A stretch of 13,171 nt of DNA, taken from assembly GCA_029974275.1 (NCBI GenBank), contig JARKSN010000049.1, forward strand, positions 1-13,171. Direction: 5' to 3'. The stretch's first letter is position 1; each line of letters starts with the position of its first letter. The translations under genes were made by a program, and so were the position numbers. The notes under the pieces were generated by a model, which saw only the letters and a program-made list of their open reading frames with translations, made no database searches and was not told the origin of the DNA. Shown piece by piece: positions 7,839 through 13,171 of the stretch. The DNA comes from Candidatus Hydrogenedentota bacterium. GTDB taxonomy: Bacteria > Hydrogenedentota > Hydrogenedentia > Hydrogenedentales > SLHB01.

Positions 7839-9223
7839 AATCCACCGTCCTTATCGCCGAAGACGATACCGTACAGCGCGAAATTCTCGCGGACATCCTC
7901 CTCAAAGCAGGCTATCAAGTTCGCGCCGTTCCCTCGGGCCGCGAGGCGATCGACTCCCTTCGCGAAGAGACCCGCGATCTCCTGCTCACGGACCTGCGCA
8001 TGCCGGAAATGGACGGGCTCGATTTGCTCCGCGAAGCCAAACGCATGCGCCCGGACATCGAAGTCGTCGTCATGACCGCCTACGCGACCGTGAAAACCGC
8101 CGTCTCGGCCATGAAAGAAGGCGCAACCGATTACCTCGCAAAACCCTTCGACAAAGACGAACTGCTCCTGGTCGTCGAACGCGCCCTCGAACGCGGCGAC
8201 CTTCGCCGCGAAAACCGGCAACTGCGCGAACTCGTCGCGGCAGACTCCTCACTGGGCAACATTATCGGCGAATGCCCCGTCATGCAAAAAGTCTTCGACG
8301 TCATCCGGCGATCCGTCACCGTCGCCAGCACCGTGTTGATCCAAGGCGAATCCGGCACCGGCAAGGAACTCGTCGCCCGCCACATCCACTTCGCCGGCCC
8401 GCGCAAAGCCAAACCCTTCATCGTCGTGAATTGCGCCGCCATCCCCGAAACCCTCATCGAAAGCGAACTTTTCGGACACGAAAAAGGAGCGTTCACCGGA
8501 GCCGACGCCAGCCGTCAAGGCAAATTCGAAATCGCCAGCGGCGGCACCCTGTTTCTTGACGAGATCGGCGACATGCGCCTCGACAGCCAGACCAAACTGC
8601 TCCGCGTCCTGCAAGACGGCGTTGTCGAGCGCATCGGCTCCTCACAGCAACGCCACGTCGACGTGCGCGTCATCGCAGCGACGAACCGAGACTTGCGCCA
8701 ACGCGTCGAATCCGGAGATTTCCGCGAAGACCTCTATTTCCGCATCGACGTGCTGCCCATCCTCCTGCCTCCCCTGCGCGACCGCATCCAAGACCTGCCG
8801 CTGCTCGTGGCTCATTTCCGCGAAAAACTCGCCAAACGCCTGGGCCGATCCGTCCCCGCGCTCGAACCCGGCGTCATCGACGCCATGCGCCGATACCGAT
8901 GGCCCGGAAACGTCCGGGAACTGGAGCACACGCTGGAACAGCTGTTCATCCTCTGCGATGGAGACGCCATCAAGCTCGACGACTTGCCCGAAAAGCTGCG
9001 TCAGCGCACCCAACAGCCCGGACAATTCGAGTTGCCAGCCGGCGGCATCATCCTGGAAGACGTCGAAGAAGACTTCATCAAGCAGGCCCTATCCCGTTCC
9101 GGAGGCCGCATCAAAGAGGCCGCCGAACTCCTCGGCCTGACCTACAAAACCCTGCAATACCGCTTGAAAAAACACGATATCGATAGAAAATCCGAGGAAA
9201 GCGCCGTCAAACCCAAAACATGA
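7835..9223 (+). CDS. Sigma54-dependent NtrC/AtoC/ZraR-family response regulator (REC, AAA+, Fis HTH)
   Basis: REC (AEDD, TDLRMP, KPF), Walker [24 protein letters not shown], Walker [48 protein letters not shown] overlap with the kinase. Confidence 0.96.
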   Translation: MKSTVLIAEDDTVQREILADILLKAGYQVRAVPSGREAIDSLREETRDLLLTDLRMPEMDGLDLLREAKRMRPDIEVVVMTAYATVKTAVSAMKEGATDYLAKPFDKDELLLVVERALERGDLRRENRQLRELVAADSSLGNIIGECPVMQKVFDVIRRSVTVASTVLIQGESGTGKELVARHIHFAGPRKAKPFIVVNCAAIPETLIESELFGHEKGAFTGADASRQGKFEIASGGTLFLDEIGDMRLDSQTKLLRVLQDGVVERIGSSQQRHVDVRVIAATNRDLRQRVESGDFREDLYFRIDVLPILLPPLRDRIQDLPLLVAHFREKLAKRLGRSVPALEPGVIDAMRRYRWPGNVRELEHTLEQLFILCDGDAIKLDDLPEKLRQRTQQPGQFELPAGGIILEDVEEDFIKQALSRSGGRIKEAAELLGLTYKTLQYRLKKHDIDRKSEESAVKPKT

Positions 9224-9313
9224 CAAGACCAGGGCGCGGAATACGCCGGCGAGGTCGCGCAGAACGTCAGCCTGGGGTCTCGCATCCGAGGGGAGAGGTT
9301 CCAGCCACAACGC

Positions 9314-9378
9314 AAAAAGCGAAGCCATCTCAACCCGAAAAATCACGGCGCGTTTCGCGCGGATCGAGATGGCTTCGC
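9314..9378 (-). terminator. Probable intrinsic terminator of the lipoprotein gene (long hairpin)
   Basis: Perfect 13-bp inverted repeat GCGAAGCCATCTC (9319-9331) / GAGATGGCTTCGC (9366-9378), followed on the minus strand by TTTTT. It lies between convergent genes. Confidence 0.55.
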
Positions 9379-9409
9379 CTGACGGACCAGGATGCGCTAC
9401 GGATGCCCG

Positions 9410-10036
9410 CTACTTGAGCGCGTCGACAATGCTAGGCTTGCCTAACAGGTTCTCGATGGCCATCCGGAAATGCAACGGCAAGTTCTTCTTGATGGAACCG
9501 CCGGCGATCTGGGGACCTGCCACCGCGCCCGAGTGGAGAATGGTTTCCTTGGCCAGCGCGGCGCCGCTCGCGTCCAACACTTCCGCCGTCAACTGGAAAT
9601 TCAGATCGGTCGAAAAATACGTATCGCTGCGCCACTGACCAATGGTCACGAGAAGCGCCCGATCGCCACGCGGTCCGGTCAATGCGGCGACAACCTCCTC
9701 GCGCTTCATGAGCGGCGTCAGCGCGACAGACTCCACCGCGACTCCCTTCTCCTTCAGCCCGGCGACAATGGCATCGGCCATGTCGACCGCCAAGGGGTTG
9801 CCCGATTTGGTCGTGACCTTGAAGGCGTTTCCATATCCGCCCCGACTGACGCCGACGCAGTTTTCTTTCATCTTTCCCGCCACGACGCCTTCGCGCGCAT
9901 CTTGCACGCCAAGGGTCACTTTCTTTTGCGTCTCGACGGGGATCGCGGCTCCGGTCAACCGGTAATCGATTTTGTTGCCGACGGCGCACCCTGTCAACGC
10001 CAACGCCAACACGAGCAAAACACAGACATTTCGCAT
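9410..10036 (-). CDS. Lipoprotein (208 aa), possibly YajG-like fold
   Basis: AGGAGGGAG RBS. Signal peptide with lipobox MRNVCVLLVLALALTG-C. The V.V.D.R...G..R..yG pattern resembles YajG-like lipoproteins, recalled from memory and not searched. Confidence 0.8.
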   Translation of the reverse strand: MRNVCVLLVLALALTGCAVGNKIDYRLTGAAIPVETQKKVTLGVQDAREGVVAGKMKENCVGVSRGGYGNAFKVTTKSGNPLAVDMADAIVAGLKEKGVAVESVALTPLMKREEVVAALTGPRGDRALLVTIGQWRSDTYFSTDLNFQLTAEVLDASGAALAKETILHSGAVAGPQIAGGSIKKNLPLHFRMAIENLLGKPSIVDALK

Positions 10037-10260
10037 AACGACTCCCTCCTTTTCGTTCAGCGCACGTTCTTGCATGCCCCAAACGCCACTTCCATTGCAC
10101 AGCGGTCTGCCTCGCCGCATCGCGGCGCGCCCGGCGGGTTTCTGCCATTTCCAGGCCGTCCCCCCCTCCGGATCACCGTCGAAAAGCGCAACGCGCCCCG
10201 CGCTCCCATGACGACGATGGTCGCGATGCAACGATTAAGTTCCATCCCCGCTGCAACGCA

Positions 10261-10289
10261 AGTGTAGAAACATGACGCGCTGGAATCAA
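10261..10289 (-). promoter_or_regulatory. Putative sigma70 promoter for the lipoprotein transcript
   Basis: Minus strand TTGATT-N17-TACACT, preceded by AT-rich TATAAAA (UP-like). Confidence 0.6.
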
Positions 10290-10490
10290 CTTTTATAGAT
10301 CAGTCATACGACCCCGCTTCGGCAATGGATGGACTGCCCGATTCCGTCCGGCTTGACCGCCATAGCGCATCGCCCTGCCGCGATCAGTCGCGCTATGATG
10401 AAGCAGATCGCGCCAAGCCGAAACGGCGGCGGCATGCAAATCAAGCGCGCCCCGAGAGACAACGGCTTTACACAGAATGCCGGCTGCCAG

Positions 10491-10519
10491 TTGGCGCATG
10501 CCGAGGCATGGGGGTACAA
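10491..10519 (+). promoter_or_regulatory. Putative sigma70 promoter with a palindromic operator-like spacer
   Basis: TTGGCG-N17-TACAAT. The spacer contains CATGCC-GA-GGCATG. The -10 ends 23 nt upstream of ATG 10543. Confidence 0.6.
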
Positions 10520-10542
10520 TGGACGACCAGGAGGGATTCACT

Positions 10543-11187
10543 ATGGCGGATAGCATCGAACAAGCGGCAGCCGCGTTGCGCGACAGGAAGGAACCATGGG
10601 TGAAACGGCGCGATGCAGCGGATTTTCTCAGCAACGTAGCAACCAGGGCGATCGCGGCATTGAAAGCCAACGCCGCGGAAAAGGACGTCGACGTCCATGA
10701 CGCCGTGACCAAGGCATTGGGCCAAGCCAGCGCCGCCTTGGCGGGAATCGCCCCCGTCCACGCAAAGGAACCGCAAGGCGCGCCGGACCCCCAATCGCTC
10801 GCCTTGGCCTGCGCCAAAGAGGGAACGCGAACCGTAACGCCCATCGACGGCGGTTTCCGCATCGATGTCGCGCTTCCCAACGGACGGAAACAAGCGGTAA
10901 ACGTCTATTTTCAAACACGGAAGGACGGGGTGGAAACGGTCCGCGTCGAAAGTCGATGCGCGCCTGTGGACGAGAAAGCCTTCGCGTGGGCTTTGCGCGC
11001 CAACAAAGACTTGTTTTACTGCGCCGTTTGCATCGACGAGGACGATGCCGAAAAACCGCGCCTAGCGTTGCGCGGCAATTTTGTGCGCGGCGAACTCACC
11101 CCCGCCACCCTCAAGGCCGCCGTGAAGGAAACGGCCTTCTATGCCGACTGGATCGAAGCCAAACTCACCCGGAGCGACGGATATTGA
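10543..11187 (+). CDS. Hypothetical protein: N-terminal HEAT-like helices plus C-terminal YbjN/T3SS-chaperone-like domain
   Basis: AGGAGG RBS before ATG 10543. HEAT-like LRDRKEPWVKRRDAADFL and EKDVDVHDAVTKALG. C-terminal LPNGRKQAVNV...VESRCAP...WALRAN...ADWIEAKLT.SD pattern resembles YbjN/CesT-fold domains. Confidence 0.75.
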   Translation: MADSIEQAAAALRDRKEPWVKRRDAADFLSNVATRAIAALKANAAEKDVDVHDAVTKALGQASAALAGIAPVHAKEPQGAPDPQSLALACAKEGTRTVTPIDGGFRIDVALPNGRKQAVNVYFQTRKDGVETVRVESRCAPVDEKAFAWALRANKDLFYCAVCIDEDDAEKPRLALRGNFVRGELTPATLKAAVKETAFYADWIEAKLTRSDGY

Positions 11188-11250
11188 GGCCCGCCGCCGT
11201 AGCGGCAAGCGCGTGACCCGGCCGGAAAGAAAGGAAAAGGAGGCGGCAAG

Positions 11251-11300
11251 AAAAAACAAGCGCTTCCCCCCGGAACCCAGGGCCCGAAGGGAAACGCTTG
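11251..11300 (-). terminator. Intrinsic terminator of the PEP-CTERM gene
   Basis: Minus strand CAAGCGTTTCCC...GGGAAGCGCTTG (12 bp including one G-U, extendable inward with G-U pairs), followed by TTTTTTCTT. Confidence 0.65.
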
Positions 11301-11336
11301 CCTATGCGTCGCCGCAGGCAATAAAGCCAAACGGCT

Positions 11337-12044
11337 CTAGATCAAACGCCGAAACGCCCCGCGCCGAACGACAAACGCCGCGATGCCCAACGCCAGCAAC
11401 GACACGGTCGCAGGCTCGGGAACGATGGGACCGTCGCCAAACGTTACGCGCAAGCCCATGTCCGCAGCATACGGCCACCGGTCCCACGTGTAATCGTTGG
11501 CGTCGGCCACGGACTGAAGACCGTACTCGCCGGCGTTCATGTACACGAACTCGCCGTCGCCGTATTCATCGGAGGACCAACCCGGCAACGTGGCATTGCC
11601 ATCGGAACCCGCATACGGGGTGAGCGTGTCCAACACAATCCAATACGTCTCGCCCACGGTCACCGGCACGTTCACGGAAAAGAACACGTCAAAAAAGCTG
11701 GTCGCGTTGGCGGGAACCGTCTCGACGCTGCTGGACCAGAGAATATCGGCCATGTCGGGGTCATATCCCAATCCCGAACCATCGTTCAAGCGAGACCCCA
11801 CGACATGCACGAGGTACACGAAATCATCCCCGTACGACGACTGCAACGACAGCAGGATTCCCGTCAACGTGCCGGCGTCCGCGATTACAGACTGGGCGAA
11901 CAACGACGTATCGGGAGCGCCAAACCCATCGTCGATCGTGGTGTCGGCGCCCGTGAGCAAGTCAATGGTCGATGCATGCGCCGCCGGAACGAAGGCCAGC
12001 ATGCCTACGGCGATCAGCGCCAGTATGCTTGTGCGAATATTCAT
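11337..12044 (-). CDS. PEP-CTERM sorting domain-containing exported protein (possibly choice-of-anchor R-like beta domain)
   Basis: Signal peptide MNIRTSILALIAVGMLAFVPAAHA. C-terminal VPEPATVSLLALGIAAFVVRRGAFRR (PEP motif, TM, basic tail). Acidic beta-rich mature region (FAQSV...VGETYWIVLD). Confidence 0.92.
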   Translation of the reverse strand: MNIRTSILALIAVGMLAFVPAAHASTIDLLTGADTTIDDGFGAPDTSLFAQSVIADAGTLTGILLSLQSSYGDDFVYLVHVVGSRLNDGSGLGYDPDMADILWSSSVETVPANATSFFDVFFSVNVPVTVGETYWIVLDTLTPYAGSDGNATLPGWSSDEYGDGEFVYMNAGEYGLQSVADANDYTWDRWPYAADMGLRVTFGDGPIVPEPATVSLLALGIAAFVVRRGAFRRLI

Positions 12045-12134
12045 CTCGTCTCTTTCCCTTTCCCACTTTTGGGGTGTCATCCCCGCCTGACGCATCACGC
12101 GCCACTTCCCTTTCCCGGTCGTCTTTTTTTACCG

Positions 12135-12173
12135 ATGGGGATTCGCCGCCTTTCCAGGCGGCGAATCCCGCAT
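12135..12173. other. Strong intergenic stem-loop
   Basis: Perfect 14-bp stem GGGATTCGCCGCCT (12138-12151) / AGGCGGCGAATCCC (12156-12169) with a 4-nt loop (GGAA, GNRA-type, on the minus strand). It sits 15 nt downstream of the 12184 stop. Confidence 0.75.
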
Positions 12174-12183
12174 TCTCCTAATC

Positions 12184-13171
12184 CTATAAGCCGCTTCCCG
12201 ACAGAGGCACCGCCACGGCCGGATTGTTCACGGCGTTCGTCGGTATGGTCAAGGTCGCTGTGCGCGGACCCGGACCGCTCGGAGTGCAGGTGATCTTCAC
12301 GAAGACGCTCGCACCAGGATTGACGCCGCGCGTCGAGAAACCAACCGCGGTGATCTTGAAGTCCGACGCGTTCGGACCGGTGATCGTCAACTGCCCGATC
12401 AGCTTCATCAATTGCGTGCCGACGTTCTTGACTTCGAGCGATTGAGCCGGCGAGGTCGTCCCCACCGTCCGCGCGGCAAAACTCATCGCGCCCACAGGCA
12501 GATGAATGATGGGACCGACCACGGAAACCGCCACCGAAGAACCCGTCGGAACGCAGGTCGTCCACACGTCGCCCGGAGTCAAATTGCCAATACTCACGGC
12601 AGGATTGGCGCCCACCGTCACGTTGACGCCCGTGGCCGTCGCCAGAGGACCGGTGTTTTTCACGAACACTTGGTCAAACCCCGCGAACTGGCCGCTCAAC
12701 ACGACGGTTTCGATCCACTTGGGATAAGCCGGCGTCAGCGCATCGACGCTGGCCTTGTTCCAGAAGTTGGCTTCGCACAGCCCAGCCACGGCAGGGCCGC
12801 CCGCCAGGTTGGGGATCAGCGGGGACTGCACGCCCGCGTCATACACGCTGACGCTCTTCAGCACGACGTCGTTCGCGATCGTGCCGGTGACGATATTGTC
12901 GGTGAACGTCGGCATGTTCGACGCAGCAAACGCCGGGGTCATGTTCGAGATGAGCGTGAACTTGCCGAGATACGAAGAGCCCGTCAGGGTCGTATGGTTG
13001 TTGCAGTCGACCGTCGCGGCAGAAGCCAGCACGATAGACCCTTGCAGCTTGAGCATGCCCGGCGTTCCATAGCCGCCGTTGCCGCCCGCGCCGCCATTGC
13101 CGCCCGCGCCGCCCGCGCCGCCGTTGCCGCCGGCGCCGCCCGCGCCGCCGTTGCCGCCGCTGCCGCCCCAC
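12184..13171 (-). CDS. Large surface/secreted protein, C-terminal part (5'-truncated): GGX glycine-rich repeat plus choice-of-anchor D-like (ASH/Ig-like) C-terminal domain
   Basis: Frame is open from 13170: WGGSGGNGGAGGAGGNGGAGGAGGNGGAGGNGGYGTPGMLKLQGS... The final ~105 aa (VGTTSPAQSLEVKNVG...ITGPNASDFKI...PGASVFVKITCTPSGPGPRTATLTIPTN...VPLSGSGL) fit the choice-of-anchor D pattern. Confidence 0.85.
   Translation of the reverse strand, partial: WGGSGGNGGAGGAGGNGGAGGAGGNGGAGGNGGYGTPGMLKLQGSIVLASAATVDCNNHTTLTGSSYLGKFTLISNMTPAFAASNMPTFTDNIVTGTIANDVVLKSVSVYDAGVQSPLIPNLAGGPAVAGLCEANFWNKASVDALTPAYPKWIETVVLSGQFAGFDQVFVKNTGPLATATGVNVTVGANPAVSIGNLTPGDVWTTCVPTGSSVAVSVVGPIIHLPVGAMSFAARTVGTTSPAQSLEVKNVGTQLMKLIGQLTITGPNASDFKITAVGFSTRGVNPGASVFVKITCTPSGPGPRTATLTIPTNAVNNPAVAVPLSGSGL
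13072..13167 (-). repeat. 9-bp tandem repeat GGCGGCNNN (10 units plus a partial unit) encoding Gly-Gly-X
   Basis: Read directly on the plus strand as gccgccNNN x10 plus gccgcc. X = S, N or A. Confidence 0.95.

Noticed and set aside
6441..9223. PrsK/PrsR PEP-CTERM regulatory system
   Set aside because: The kinase is a 465-aa 2-TM HAMP protein and lacks the multi-TM plus GAF architecture of PrsK.
10071..10158. Sigma54 -24/-12 promoter for the lipoprotein
   Set aside because: TGGCGTTTGGGGCATGC has wrong spacing. CGGCCTGGAAATGGCA (10143-10158) has GG-N10-GC but a poor consensus match. A better sigma70 promoter exists at 10261-10289.
13072..13167. CRISPR array
   Set aside because: 9-bp contiguous coding repeat with no spacers and no cas genes nearby.
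12839..13171. Arg-rich protamine-like ORF (MGRQRRQRRRG...)
   Set aside because: Off-frame reading of the GGCGGCNNN repeat. The Gly frame is continuous with the 12184 ORF.

Overview
GC-rich bacterial chromosomal window from a diderm organism. The gene mix (PBP1C, LpxH-like enzyme, PEP-CTERM protein, GGX-repeat surface protein) suggests a lineage such as Ca. Hydrogenedentota or PVC, but that is inference only. In order: (1) the 3' part of pbpC (+). (2) A tightly packed minus-strand 5-gene operon: HPD-less J-like protein, helical/TPR-like hypothetical, PHP phosphoesterase, signal peptidase I, LpxH-family hydrolase. (3) A divergent plus-strand operon: family-4 uracil-DNA glycosylase, HAMP histidine kinase, sigma54-dependent NtrC-family regulator. 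(4) A minus-strand lipoprotein with a predicted ~220-nt leader. (5) A plus-strand HEAT-like/YbjN-like fusion protein. (6) A minus-strand PEP-CTERM protein. (7) The 3' end of a large surface protein with PGRS-like GGX repeats and a C-terminal choice-of-anchor D-like Ig domain. Several sigma70-like promoters, two terminators and two operator-like inverted repeats are visible. I saw no tRNA, rRNA, CRISPR array or mobile element. The best candidates for something undescribed are the J-like operon and the HEAT-YbjN fusion.
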